A DNA stretch of 64,000 bases. Origin: an uncultured Nitrososphaeraceae archaeon (GTDB lineage: Archaea; Thermoproteota; Nitrososphaeria; Nitrososphaerales; Nitrososphaeraceae). The notes below the pieces were generated by a model. The model saw only the letters and a program-made list of their open reading frames with translations. It was not told the DNA's origin and did not search any database. The stretch spans positions 320,001 to 384,000 of the forward strand of contig CAVXZB010000084.1 of the NCBI GenBank assembly GCA_963765895.1, in the 5' to 3' direction. Positions 12,340 to 24,365 of the stretch are shown piece by piece (position 1 is the first letter of the stretch; each line of letters opens with the position of its first letter). The translations under genes were made by a program, and so were the position numbers.

Positions 12340-13594
12340 TAACTCAATTTAATCTTTGAAGTGTCCTATAAGAAAGACCAATATAATTGTGGAGTAGATC
12401 TATTCTAGCTAGAAGCTTTGACCATCCAGTTGAACATTTATTTGGGATAGTATTGGTCATTTTGTAGATTATCCGGGGTAGTTGTCATTCAGATGATTTA
12501 CTGAACTAACTAAACTAACGAATTAATCTGCAATTTAATTTTATCTTTAAAGATTGGACAGACTACGAGCCACGAAAGAAAGCATACATGAAAAAAAGTG
12601 ATTCGAGATGTCAGCACATGCAATACGGACATTTAGCCTACGAAATGTATGATTTAATTTAATAGATAACGCTTGCTAACAAAGCCGCTAGGTTAGGCCC
12701 ATGAATAAAATTACTGCTCAGTTATTGAAGCAATTACTTTGAAAATTTCTTTAGAACATATAAAAATAAAAATAAAAAAAAGCAAAGGAGCATATTCTCA
12801 AAATAAAGCCAGTAATCGGGATTTACTTATTTTTTTTGTGCCATATAATAAACAGTTAATGACCTTTCGGCAATTCCTTCACTACCGGACTTCAACCTGA
12901 GTGGGCCCTTCATTCACCACATGACCTTTTTAGACTACCAATACTTTATTTGGGGCACAAATAGTGTCTCAACAACATATGGCTATGCTGTCTAAAGCAT
13001 AGTAATAGCTATCTATATTTCATACATTTATCTACAATTGGATATCTAGGCTACAGCAAAGTTTTTGTAAGGGTGATTGTGCAACTGGCAGGATGTTTTA
13101 AGATATCATAGATAGAATAAGATTAATTAAAATCACACTGTCCTAAAAATAATTAGTTGTTACAACATTTTTAGATATTTTCTCCTTGGCACGTTCTAAT
13201 GATATGAATTTGGATTGCGAGGATTCTCCTTCTTGAAGAATACTCTACGTCAAGATGATTTGCACTCCAGCTAAACCGATGATTGAAAAACATTTTCCTT
13301 ACAGCGAACTATAGTAAAATATTCATTGTGTTCCATGTTGCTTGTGTACCATATTCATGCAAAGATTAGGCTATTCTACGTGCAAGGCATCATTTCTAGG
13401 TTTTAGTTCTATAATTTAACAAGACCTGTCCAGACATCCAAAAAAGTAGAGAAGATTAGGCGAACTAAACTATTCTAGACTATAGGACTGTACAAAGAAT
13501 AACTATGCGGTCCATCAGAACTAGTAATAAAAAAGTTCACCGCGAAAAGTCTGGTTGCTAAACAATTATTAGTATCTATAACTATATAGAAACA

Positions 13595-14435
13595 GTGATA
13601 ATAAGGTACGGGAAATTTATCATCATGTTATGGTTTGTCTTAGTTCTTCCAATTTTCGTCACTTTCGGACCACAAGGCGTTTATGGCCTTGTTCCACAAA
13701 CTAATTTGAATCCTGCACTAGCTCTAAAGTTTGTTCCATATTTAGTAATGTTCCACATAGAGAAATACTATGCATATTCCATTGATAAGAATAATGAGAC
13801 CCAATATATCAAAAGTTGCAATGGTGTAAATGGCGTAAACGGCCTAAATGGTATTGGCGGCATTAATGGCGCTGATAGTTTAGACCGTAATGGTGGCAAT
13901 GGCGGTAGTGGTGGCAATGGCTGGCAATGGCGGTAGTGGCGGAGTAGATATTTGCCAGTTAGGTATTGGCAGCAATGGCGGTAATGGCGGTACTGGTGGC
14001 AATGGTGGACGCGGCGGAGATGCTAATGGCGGTAGAAATAGCATAGACCATAGTGTCTGTAATATCGCTAATGGCGGTATTGGTGGCAATGCCGGTATTG
14101 GTGGCAATGGCGGTATTGGTGGCAATGGTGGACGCGGCGGAGATGCTAATGGTAATAATGGCGGTAATGGCGGTATTGGTGGCAATGGCGGTAACGGTGG
14201 CAATGGTGGACGCGGCGGAGATGCTAATGGCGGTAGAAATAGCATAGACCATAGTGTCTGTAATATCGCTAATGGCGGTATTGGTGGCAATGGCGGTAAC
14301 GGTGGTAATGGCGGAGATGCTAATGGTAATAATGGCGGTAACGGTGGTAATGGCGGTAACGGTGGTAATGGCGGTAACGGTGGTAATGACGAAGATGCTA
14401 ATGATGACGTAGATGATGATAGCTTTGAATCCTAA
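13595..14435 (+). CDS. Large PE_PGRS-like GGN-repeat protein with acidic tail (member 4); frameshift near 13921
   Basis: ORFs 13595-13936 and 13890-14435 join at ggcaatggc(t)ggcaatggc. GGNGGNGG repeats, an internally duplicated [25 protein letters not shown] block, and a C-terminal [15 protein letters not shown]. Confidence 0.7.
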
Positions 14436-16502
14436 CAATTAACGAAGATGCCTAAATGTTGATGTTATGCAGCTGTTGCCCCGGTAAGGTTGACTCCAAG
14501 TTATAAGATGCAGCAGATTAATTTTTATGTCATGTAGCGGTTTATTTTCATCTAATAGGTTGGTTTATCTAAATACTGCCCCCAGAATTTGAGGCTCAAG
14601 TTCAATTGTAAAGTGTTTCACTGACTTTCTTACAGGCTGCGTGTATCATAGGCTAGATCTGAAAGGTGAGACATATCTATGGTATACATATAGGAATATG
14701 AGTATGAGAATGTTTGTACAAATATTATTATGTACGCTTTTGACCCTTATTTTCTATGGCAAGCACTGCTCGGGGCGGCGAGAATATCAGTCTATACCAG
14801 GAGGAATGTATATAATTTTTCGAACGAGTATTGAAGGGCGGATCTAATAATGAATCAGTTAAATATTGAGGAGTATGACTGGGAATAAATAATTATTTCT
14901 TTGCAATGATGATTTCATCTGAAATTGTCGATAATAACAGATTTAGTTCACCTCAGAAACTCATATCATGGGCTGAATTATGATGTCCATCAGTACATCA
15001 ATCTGGAAACTCATTGTATACAGAAGGATGAAAGATGGTAATAAAAAGGTAAAAGGAATTAATTGAAGCAGACAACACTGCATCTAGGACTGAGATTAGA
15101 TTAAGGAAATTCTATCTAAGTCTGGCCAAAAGACATCGGCGTCGCATTGCAATAACACATGATGCAAACAAATGATGTAATATAGTGTGGCACATGCTAT
15201 AACATATAGGATACTATACAAAAAAGAAGAACTGGCCTATACGGAACAAACTTAAGGGGATCCAACACCAAGATAATGAAGACCGGCCTGAGCAGCATTA
15301 AATAGTAATAGGGTTCCTAGCCACAGAGGACCTTTTATATAAATGCATGATTCCTTAGGATTTTTAGTTAGTGTAAACCGATGAGCACACCATTCAATTG
15401 AGCATATTATATAGAGTTGACCATATGGAGATCTCCTTTACCATATTAGGAACTTTTCTAGCTGTTACATGTTCACTAAACATTATTTTAATAGATGAAA
15501 AGCAGCATCTATCATCCATCTATGTCCATAGCTCACACTATACTTCATCTTTCAAGATTTGTCTGTGGTCTTATTACGGATATATTCCTAGTATGACAAT
15601 TAGTTGACCGGACTTTGGAATTGCTTCTTGTCTTTAGACCAGATTTAGTGTGGTTCTTTGATAGTTACCAGAATTTCTTATTACTATCATAAATAACATC
15701 AGCTAATACGCCTTTTACATGTACCTCTCGAAGAAGAATTCATTAGATTAACCTCGTGCCGTCATCATATACCTCTACACTTGTTACTCCTAGAGAAATG
15801 ATCTTCTTGTTTGTTCTTGATATCACCTGCTAAATGTATCTTTAGATACTGTTTTCTAATGTGCTATTTATACCCTGTCCATTCTCCACGATTAGCTATT
15901 TAAATCCGGACTGGCTAATATAATCACAATATCATTTCCTAATTTTTCATTGATTTTAATCTCTAGCATGTTTATACATTCATAATGTACTATAATGCGA
16001 TGCAGGGTACCTGAGTACTCACATATGTTGTAACTACGTTCTCCATCTGTCTATATGGCAGATGAAAATAGGATCTCATCTAACCTTGAATCTGAATAAA
16101 CAAATCCTGGTAGTCATAGGGTTCAACAACCAATCTTACATGGTTCATTGGAAATAATTCATGATCCCATCCATCAAGTACATCAAATCAAGATTACCTG
16201 GCTACGTCTTCCCAGTGAATGATTACACAAAAGCCAATCAATTATACCACTTAGTTACTATTAGGTAGCTAGATGCAGAGTGGGCAAATAAACATGACTT
16301 ACAACATAATGGATCCGGCAATAAAACATCGAGATTCATTGAAGCATTTGTTTGTACCTTTGCGATATTATTATTTTCAAAGGTGTAATGAGTTAGTTGA
16401 CAATTCTTTTTTTGGTACCAGATAGACAGATAAGTTGTCCCTAATAAAATTAAGTCAAAATTTCGTACAATGAATATATGCATGTAGCCTCATATCATAC
16501 AG

Positions 16503-17073
16503 ATGGGAATGAAATTGTCAAAATTTCTGAAATGTGAAAGACTGAAGCCTATGCTTTTATCCGGTTCTTCCGTGATGCTGATTTTTTCTCTCCTCTCCGT
16601 ATCTGTTCTAGCAGTCATCAGCACCCAATCTAAAGGAAACTATGCATTTGCTCAGGCCTCAATTCTAAGAACGACAGAACTTAAGGTGAATTTCAAAAAA
16701 TTAGTTGAGTCAGGAAGCGATCAAAATATACGTATAAAGGTAACTGATCTGGGAAGTGGCGATCCTGTATCTAGCGCTGTTGTAAGGATAACTATCTATT
16801 TTCCGGGTGGGGCACCCATAAGACAATTTTCCTTGCTTACCAGTAAAAATGGAGAAGCATCATTAACGTTGCCAATTGATAAGAATGCTCGCATTAGGCC
16901 AGTATGGAATAGATGTGTTAGTCTCTGCACTAGGCTATTTTGATTCAGCGGTTGGTACGATTTCTTTTGCTGTGAATTCTCAGGTGGATCAAAATGTCGA
17001 TTTACATGATTATAAACATACAAGCCATACCCTCTCTGACCATAGTGGACATCATAACCACCACCACAACTAG
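16503..17073 (+). CDS. Secreted Ig-like (MG2-type) domain protein with His-rich C-terminus; frameshift near 16890
   Basis: Signal peptide ending YAFA. IKVTD..GDPVSSAVV...TSKNGEASLTLPIDKNA/ALGQYGIDV. Tail HDYKHTSHTLSDHSGHHNHHHN. Confidence 0.7.
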
Positions 17074-17331
17074 CCATTGTTGCTACTGAAAATTTAGTGC
17101 AGATCACTTGCATACTTGCAATAGTAGTGCGAGTACAGAAGGGCATGGTGGAGGTCAAGACACTGAAGCCTTCACTTATGCAAACAGAATTTTTACTTTT
17201 TTTGTAGTTATAAGAATACCACTGTATGCACAAGTACGCGAGGCTGTTCTGCACTCTAGTCATTCAAATATACCTCTGATTATTTAAATCGACGAGCTTT
17301 TGCCTACCTGCGAGCAAAACATATTACCTGT

Positions 17332-17835
17332 TTGTTTTATATAATCTGTGTGAGTCAAAAAACGTTCGGCATCCTTTTGATATCTGCAATGATCGTTATC
17401 GGTATTGCGACAATAGATAACTCTGTCAACACTACTTTAGCACAGTTCAATTCAAATATACCATTCTCGCCATCTACTGGCCAGCCTCCATCATCACTAT
17501 CACCACCATCAACACCATCAACACCATCAACACCATCAACACCACCACCGTCAGATACTAATCAGCCGGTAAAGACAAATCCGTCACATGCTGGAAATAG
17601 TACTGCTCCTACTGGAAATAGTACTGCTCCTACTGGAAATAGGACTGCTCCTACTGGAAATAGTACTGCTCCTGTTGTAAATAGTTCTACTATTGGTCCT
17701 CCTCCAAGCCCCACTGTTGTTGGTCCTTCAAGCTTTACTGCTTCGCCAATTACTAGCGAAAATCAAGGAAAGCTGAACACATCATCAACTAGTCCTTCAA
17801 ATAATGGTTCAGTACTGGGCCTCCCAGATAGATAA
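17332..17835 (+). CDS. Secreted Pro/Ser/Thr-rich mucin-like protein
   Basis: Signal peptide; PSTPSTPST and TAPTGNS repeats; many N-x-S/T sequons. Confidence 0.75.
   Translation: MFYIICVSQKTFGILLISAMIVIGIATIDNSVNTTLAQFNSNIPFSPSTGQPPSSLSPPSTPSTPSTPSTPPPSDTNQPVKTNPSHAGNSTAPTGNSTAPTGNRTAPTGNSTAPVVNSSTIGPPPSPTVVGPSSFTASPITSENQGKLNTSSTSPSNNGSVLGLPDR
17592..17672 (+). repeat. 21-bp tandem repeat (about 4 copies) encoding GNSTAPT
   Basis: Unit ctggaaatagtactgctccta is read directly from the sequence. Confidence 0.85.
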
Positions 17836-19599
17836 GAAGTCTCTTTAGGGTGTATAGATGTTTATTGAGTTAATGCATCTATTGCGGCCAGCTTTCTTCT
17901 AGCATGAATGATATTGATGGTATGCGTCAGAATTAAAGCTTGAGTAAAAGGGGCTTACTGCTAGGTATGTTAATTACTATACTTGAACGTTTATATTTTA
18001 TACAAATTATTGTTAAGAAATATTCTATTTGCCTGTCTATTACGTCATTATCTGCTACAATACACTGATTTTGCAGCAATCACTTTCCGTGAGGACTCTA
18101 TGGGTATTCAGTTAAGGTTGCGGGAATTACTATTTTCAGCAAAATTACACCATATATTAGCTTTAGAATAGTATACATTTTTCTAATGGTGGGATAATGA
18201 GAGAAGATTTGCTATAGAAACAACGTCGATAACATGCGAAGAAGATGGTATTTTGCTAGAACAGAACATATCAATGAAGTAATTTGCTAATCGTGTTTAT
18301 CATTATCTCATTAGTTGGTATACATTAAGCCATCATCCATTAAAGTATCTGCGAATGTAAACCTCCGGCTATTATAACATCCTCTACGGCCAAATGCAAT
18401 AAGGCAAATACAAGATGTAGAACATGACTCTATGATTAAATTTTCTTGGTTTTATTATCTATTGAGTATAATTGAATAGCTTTCATAACGTAAATCATCA
18501 CCCATTGATTTGCTAGATTGTTATTATTATTATTCTAGTAGTAAATCTGTTGAAGTTAAAGATAATAGTAAAAAATACTTTTTACCAATTTATGTATTAG
18601 TTCACCACTCTCTATGCCTCTAGAGTATTGCGAGTGTTTTCTAATTTTGACTATTTAGGATCATAGGTTCTCTTTTCTACGGCATTTGTTCCAAAAGAAC
18701 CGAGCGCTCGTAATCATGACGTTCCCATTTCGGTTGCAAAGGATGTAGTATCTAGACTGTCGCTTCCAATCTTAAATTCTTGCCACATCATCGTCACACT
18801 CGCGTTGTACTTGTCCAATTTCCGCTTAGTGGCATATAATGTAAACTATCAATACATTTAGATGTACTGTTACCTGGTGGAATATAATAATCACCATCGT
18901 CATCATTAATATCTTACGGCGAGAAATTGATTAGTTACTAAATCATCATAGTGTGAAAAATCAGGCCCCAGGTTTTCTACAACAATAGCCTATCGAGCTC
19001 TCGATATCAGTCCAAAGAAGAATAAATAACCCATAGTCAGTGGATTCGAAAGTTGCAATCAGGCTAAATAGACTTGGACTAAAAAGAGAAAAATTCGATT
19101 TCTACTTATTTCAGATTTTTCACAGTCACTGCTGCAATAAAATCGTAGACTGACAACAACAAGTATTGTATGTCACCATTTTTTTATTATTAATCTAATT
19201 TTCGGTGTGTATGTTCCATCTCCTGTTCTGTAATAGTTTTCATAAATATAGTTCGCTTGGTCTACGACAGGTGACGACAGGTTTTTACCGCATGCTGGTA
19301 TTACTTGTTGTAGACGTTATTCTAGTTCATGCTCCTCTTCTCCTCCTTTTTCTGAGAATGCTGCAACTAATATCAACGCATAACAGATTATAACCTATAA
19401 TAAGATATTAGGAGAAAGAATTTATGATTTGACTGATAATTGAATGTAGCGAACCCATTGTTATCGCTAATTTGTTGATCGAATTTGACATTATTTTATC
19501 CAAAGATAATGTGGACAAAATAAAGGACCAATGTTGAAATAACACAGTGGTTCTGGGAATTGGGAATAAGGTCTTGGATATGCCATAGTTGCTAAATAA

Positions 19600-20014
19600 T
19601 TGTCAGATTTATCTCTGTAATTGATCCCATTACTATGCTGATGGTTTTGTTGTTGCTCCTGATGCGGCGGTTGATTCTGCTGCTGTTGCGATAATGATGA
19701 CCTAACTGGCGATGACTGCAGAGAGATAGGAAAAGGTTGATGAAACGTTTGTTGTTCGTTTAGATTTTTTGTTATGCTTATTCCATTAGTATTTAGCAGC
19801 TTTTGTTGTTCCTGCAGCTGTGCTGCTGCGACTGCTGCGACTGCTGCGACTGAAGTGGAGACGGTGATGACGAAGACAGTCGGAAAGACTCAGAATTTGC
19901 TATGTTTATCGAAGAAAAAAAAGATAATATTACTATTACTCCAAGTAAAGCCAACAATATTGCAGCTAAACCAGGAATTAGTGCTAAGGAAGATTCAATT
20001 TTGAAGCTCTTCAT
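19600..20014 (-). pseudogene. Secreted Gln/Ser-rich protein, frameshifted
   Basis: Signal/TM, then SQQSQQSQQ. Another frame continues AQLQEQQKLL...QQQQNQPPHQEQQQNHQH. Confidence 0.45.
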
Positions 20015-21430
20015 TCTTGTATATAGACAAAGTTGGATTTTGGTTTTATTTCGGTTGGCAAGGATTTGTTAGAAAGATACATAGTAGCAAAATAGCAGAC
20101 GGAAAGGCAAAGTAAATAGTTTCTTACAGGACGTTAGTACAACCATATGAAACAATGCTCTGCATAATCCAACCAATCTCCAGAGATAGCTGCATTCCAC
20201 ATGGTTCTTAGGCCACTTTGGAGCTTGCAAAAGATCTCGATTAGTCCTTGTTTTAAGTTTAATGTTCCTTATCGTTTATTGCATACCTTGCTAATTCGAA
20301 GCTTTAAGACAGTTCCAGTAATATTATTTCTTGGTTTAAATCCTGCAGCTATCCTCTTAGGTCTTTCTCTATACCAACCTTCGGACGATGTAGTTCTATC
20401 CTCAAACGCATCTTAATGATTCTGCTAATTTGTTCATGTCTATTTCTTAAGGAATCTACAGAAATGCCTTGTAAAATCTATCAACAGCAGTATCCAAGCT
20501 GGGCACATTTCTTTTCCAGTTAACGAGGGTATCGTATACGCTAACTTAAAGACAATATCGGCAATAGGACTTTGATATGGTTGAGTTGATGAGTCACTTG
20601 CCGATTGAACCTTGCTATTCAACGCACGGTGTTACCAGGACTTCAATAGGGGACAGTTCTTCTCTCGTAACATGTTTATCGATTGAAACCCATATTTTGC
20701 TAATAATTGCCGAAGGCTGTTGCATAGAAGTGGTCTCCTGCTTTATCCATCATGTGATAATCCCCATTCTCAAAGCATTATACTCCATCAACTAGCGATG
20801 GTGTTTCATTGATGTAGTCTATAACCTCCATTTGCCAGCATTGTCATTTGAAGTTAAATCGCTCAATTATACAATAGCTGCCTCACTCCCTGTAGTAAGA
20901 TGACGTATCATTCACACCAACTCTACTTCTTCATTGTATTTGGTGGTGAAAATATTGAACGACTACCTTAGCATGCGCATTTTTATGAATTAATTCTATC
21001 TTTCTTGTATTTTTGCTAATTGGTCTACATGTTGTCTTTCTCTCGTTTATTAAGTGATAGGTTAAGAGGTTCTTGTCGGATTCCTTTACTTAGCACAGTA
21101 AAATGGCTCAGTAATTTGCTTATTCTTGTTATACCTTGGAATGTTACGTTTCCTTCAACAGTAAAATAATACTTTATTGATAAACACTTAACTTTTCTGA
21201 ACGTGCCTAATAGTATTTGTATGATGGTTATTATCTCGAATGCCGTTTGTATAGTCTCGAAATTCTGAGAAGGTTAAACGGCATATACTATCTATGCAGG
21301 ACTATTGTCATTGCGGAGTGATATTCTTTGTTATTAGCAATTCTAGCGAAGCTTTGCTATTTAATTAGTAGTAGTACCAGTATTAGCGATGATATCTTCG
21401 CATCTAATATAACGCTTTATATCTCCAAAG

Positions 21431-22531
21431 TTGTTGTTGTATCTGCCATCGTTGTTGACATCTAAGACAAAGGTGTCTAGGAAAAAAATGAGAAGGGGCC
21501 ACCTGCGGCTAGTTGCAGTATTACCCATTCTAATGACTTTGATTTTATTTTCTTGTATTCAGAGCTCTTTTGTCCAGCCTAGCTATGCCTCCGAACAGGA
21601 AGAAGGGGTTAGAACATTTAGAATTAAGGCATATCTAGAGAATATTGTAGTTGAACATGAGAACAAAGAGACTATACATTTTCAAGTGGCTGATCACAAG
21701 ACTCATCAACCGATTGGTGGAGCTATTACAAGTGCAACTGTTAGCTATGCGGACGGGAAAACAGTAAGGTACTTTAGCGTACCTACTGATGCATCAGGAC
21801 GCTCTTCGATATCTTGGAGAATAGAGCAGGATGCTCCTGATGGTCGTTATAATGTGGCATATTCGGTGTCTGAAACAGGATATGAACCAGCCTACTTTGG
21901 AGGCTCATTTAGTGTGGTTGAAAATAGTGTAAACTATGGTTGTTTATCCTCAGCCTCAGCATATTCCTCATGCTCAGCCTATTCCTCATCACCATCTTCT
22001 TCATCACCATCTTCTTCATCACCATCTTCTTCATCACCATCTTCTTCATCACCATCTTCTTCATCACCATCTTCTTCATCACCATCTTCTTCATCACCAT
22101 CTTCTTCATCACCATCTTCTTCATCACCATCTTCTTCATCACCATCTTCTTCATCACCATCTTCTTCATCACCATCTTCTTCATCACCATCTTCTTCATC
22201 ACCATCTTCTTCATCACCATCTTCTTCATCACCATCTTCTTCATCACCGTTCGAGTCTCCCTTGTTGGTCATGGACGTAGGCGGCTCCTCAACGCACCTC
22301 GCTAGCAGTGACTCAATTAAGCCAATTAAGTCGTCTCCAACGGATCTAGGAGGCCCCTCAACACAGATAGCTAGCCCAATTAAGTCGTCTCCAACGGATC
22401 TAAGAGGCCCCTCAACACAGATAGCTAGCAGTGATTCAACTAAGCCAATTAAGTCGGCTCCAACGGATTTAGGAGGCCCCTCAACACAGATAGCTAGCAA
22501 TCAACCGATAAAGCCATCTCAAAATAAATAG
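21431..22531 (+). CDS. Secreted Ig-like (MG2-type) domain protein with (Ser4-Pro)n stalk and PTDLGGPSTQIA repeats
   Basis: Signal peptide ending PSYA. FQVAD..QPIGGA...TDASGRSSISWRIEQDAPDGRYNV, then SSSSP x17, then three KS(S/A)PTDL(G/R)GPSTQIA repeats. Confidence 0.8.
   Translation: MLLYLPSLLTSKTKVSRKKMRRGHLRLVAVLPILMTLILFSCIQSSFVQPSYASEQEEGVRTFRIKAYLENIVVEHENKETIHFQVADHKTHQPIGGAITSATVSYADGKTVRYFSVPTDASGRSSISWRIEQDAPDGRYNVAYSVSETGYEPAYFGGSFSVVENSVNYGCLSSASAYSSCSAYSSSPSSSSPSSSSPSSSSPSSSSPSSSSPSSSSPSSSSPSSSSPSSSSPSSSSPSSSSPSSSSPSSSSPSSSSPSSSSPSSSSPSSSSPFESPLLVMDVGGSSTHLASSDSIKPIKSSPTDLGGPSTQIASPIKSSPTDLRGPSTQIASSDSTKPIKSAPTDLGGPSTQIASNQPIKPSQNK
21986..22248 (+). repeat. Perfect 15-bp tandem repeat tcatcaccatcttct, about 17.5 copies
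   Basis: Counted directly: 17 full units at 21986-22240 plus 8 nt. Confidence 0.97.
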
Positions 22532-23446
22532 ATACACATAGCTTTAGATTTTTTTGTTCATTATTGTGTCTTGCGAGAGTCACAAATATCTTTCAACTGT
22601 CAACGAAATCCCTGCGTTATGGGATGAAATAATAAAGTTGATACTCCCAATAGAAAAATCAAATAGCACCATAGGACATCCAGCGGTACCATTTAGAAAG
22701 GTAATAGATAGCATTCTATACGTATTAAGAAATTGATGTCAGTTGAAGTTGATGCCAAATGAGGATGATTCCGGGTCGACATGTCATAGAAGATTCCTAT
22801 AATGGTCAATATAAGATATCTGAAAGATTATAGACTAGACTTGCTAAAAGTGTTGATGGCGGCCTGGTAGGCATTCGATGGAGAGGCAATCACGATAGTA
22901 TATGTAAAGGTATATTTAGTAGGAAATGACTCGTTGAACCCAATTTTACAATTAGAGATAAGTTAGTTAGGAACAAACATCATCGTTTATTGAGTGATAG
23001 GTAAAGTGTTCCATTATATGTTGTTGTAACTGCAGATAATACCCATGATATGAACGCCGCTATGAATATGCTGGATAGTATTGTAGTCAAAGACCATCAT
23101 CTAGGACATATAAAGGAACGGAATCTTTCTCTATCTCAATAAAGGATATGATTTTAAGGAGGTTGAATATGGTGTTATCAAGAAAGGATATATTCCACAT
23201 ATTGGACATATGGGGAGGAGAACCGGTAATAAAGATTAATGGTATTAATGACCGTCGCCATGCTAAAAGAAGATTGGTTGTAGATAGATAGATAGAAAGA
23301 AAGAAAGAACCAACTTGTGGCATAGCAGCAGGCTCAGAAAACTTTTGGTTAGATATGAAAAGGTGATAGAACGCAATTTTACTTTAGTAGGAGTGTTTAG
23401 GCGTTGTATCGTATCTACAGGAGGATAATTTTGGGATAGGTTCTTA
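22510..23446 (+). mobile_element. Decayed IS5-family element (transposase pseudogene)
   Basis: EIPALWDEIIKLILPIEK...PAVPFRKVIDSILYVLR..CQ.K.MP..SGSTCHRRF and a C-terminal RLVV..RTNLW..RLRKLLVRYEK. Imperfect TIRs aagccatctcaaaa / ttttgggataggttc. Confidence 0.75.
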
Positions 23447-23518
23447 GTACCATTCGTTATCAATACCTCATACTTGATAGAAAGAGTCAAGGAGGGATTC
23501 CCTAACTTAGAGGATAGC

Positions 23519-23887
23519 TCAACAGAATATGCAATAACAGAGGTTGTTGGTACGATGTTCGGTAGTAATAGCAAACCATATCCGAAGATTTATGGTCAAA
23601 GATTTTGTGGATTGCAGTATACGTGAGTGAGTCTTGAGGCCTACATAAACGGAAACATATGTAGATAGCATCAAAATTATTGGCCAGATTAATATTCCTG
23701 CATGATTCCCGCCAGCATTTCTGGATGTAGTAACGCTATTTAGATAATTATTCAAGTCTGGTTTGCCCTCGGTAACCGTTGCCATTAGACTGAGGTGAAG
23801 GTCTGAGTACAGCCTATTTGGTGCGACGCTTGGGAGTAAAAATGCAAAAATACAGACAATCAATGAAATATACATGCCAACAACCAA
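23519..23887 (-). CDS. Hypothetical small membrane protein
   Basis: 122-aa ORF with two hydrophobic segments; no recognised motif. Confidence 0.4.
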   Translation of the reverse strand: MVVGMYISLIVCIFAFLLPSVAPNRLYSDLHLSLMATVTEGKPDLNNYLNSVTTSRNAGGNHAGILIWPIILMLSTYVSVYVGLKTHSRILQSTKSLTINLRIWFAITTEHRTNNLCYCIFC

Positions 23888-24113
23888 AGCACCTTTGTCT
23901 TTGACTATATTTCAAAATTAGTGGCGAAGAAATTATGAATGCATATATGAATATTTGAATAAGGCCCTCCTTGAATCTTGTGCGTTAATCAAGATAAAAG
24001 GTAAGCGCAGGCGTGTGATCATAATACTGAATGACGCTGCTCGTTCGCTAGGTAGATTTAGTGGTTGCGTGACACTTTCACCTATCTACATTTAGCAGAT
24101 GCTATAATCCACA

Positions 24114-24365
24114 TCAGGACGAATGTCTGCAGATACCTGTGCCATTTGAATTAATACCATTAGCACCACTTAGGCTTGACCCGGTATGACCAGCTGTACC
24201 ATCACTGTTCATTCCACCCTTTCCAGCGGTTCCACCAAGGCCACCAGTGCCACCTGTTCCACCAGTTTCGCAAACAGCTTGACCGAAAGCATGAAGTGGG
24301 ATCGTTAGTGTGATCAGTATCAGGATTATCGGTGCTGTCAAATGCAGCAAAGATGTTTTGTTCAT
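24114..24365 (-). CDS. Secreted Gly-rich Cys-clamped peptide (member 5)
   Basis: Signal peptide ending HAFG. QAVCETGGTGGTGGLGGTAGKGG...NGTGICRHSS. Confidence 0.75.
   Translation of the reverse strand: MNKTSLLHLTAPIILILITLTIPLHAFGQAVCETGGTGGTGGLGGTAGKGGMNSDGTAGHTGSSLSGANGINSNGTGICRHSS

Noticed and set aside
13800-14400. Collagen or RTX calcium-binding repeats
   Set aside because: No Pro-rich G-X-Y pattern and no GGxGxDxLx nonapeptides; the pattern is GGx, which is PGII-type.
10996-14438. Pro-rich and Ala/Ile/Thr-rich ORFs antisense to or overlapping the Gly-rich genes (also at 25084, 25769, 25782, 32371, 32414)
   Set aside because: Expected shadow translations of GGN/GGC codon repeats; they lack signal peptides and promoters.
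15650-16000. Possible histidine-kinase ATPase remnant on the minus strand
   Set aside because: Only faint motif echoes (TLENS, VYDDG) among many stops; not supportable.
20100-21000. Coding-like fragments on the minus strand
   Set aside because: Probably a decayed gene, but no family could be recognised.
21986-22248. Possible CRISPR array
   Set aside because: Head-to-tail repeats without spacers, and no cas genes in the window.
21909-22500. ORFs (MVMKK)n, (HHHLL)n, (ITIFF)n and (GDEED)n
   Set aside because: Shadow frames of the 15-bp repeat; only the SSSSP frame joins a signal peptide and a folded domain.
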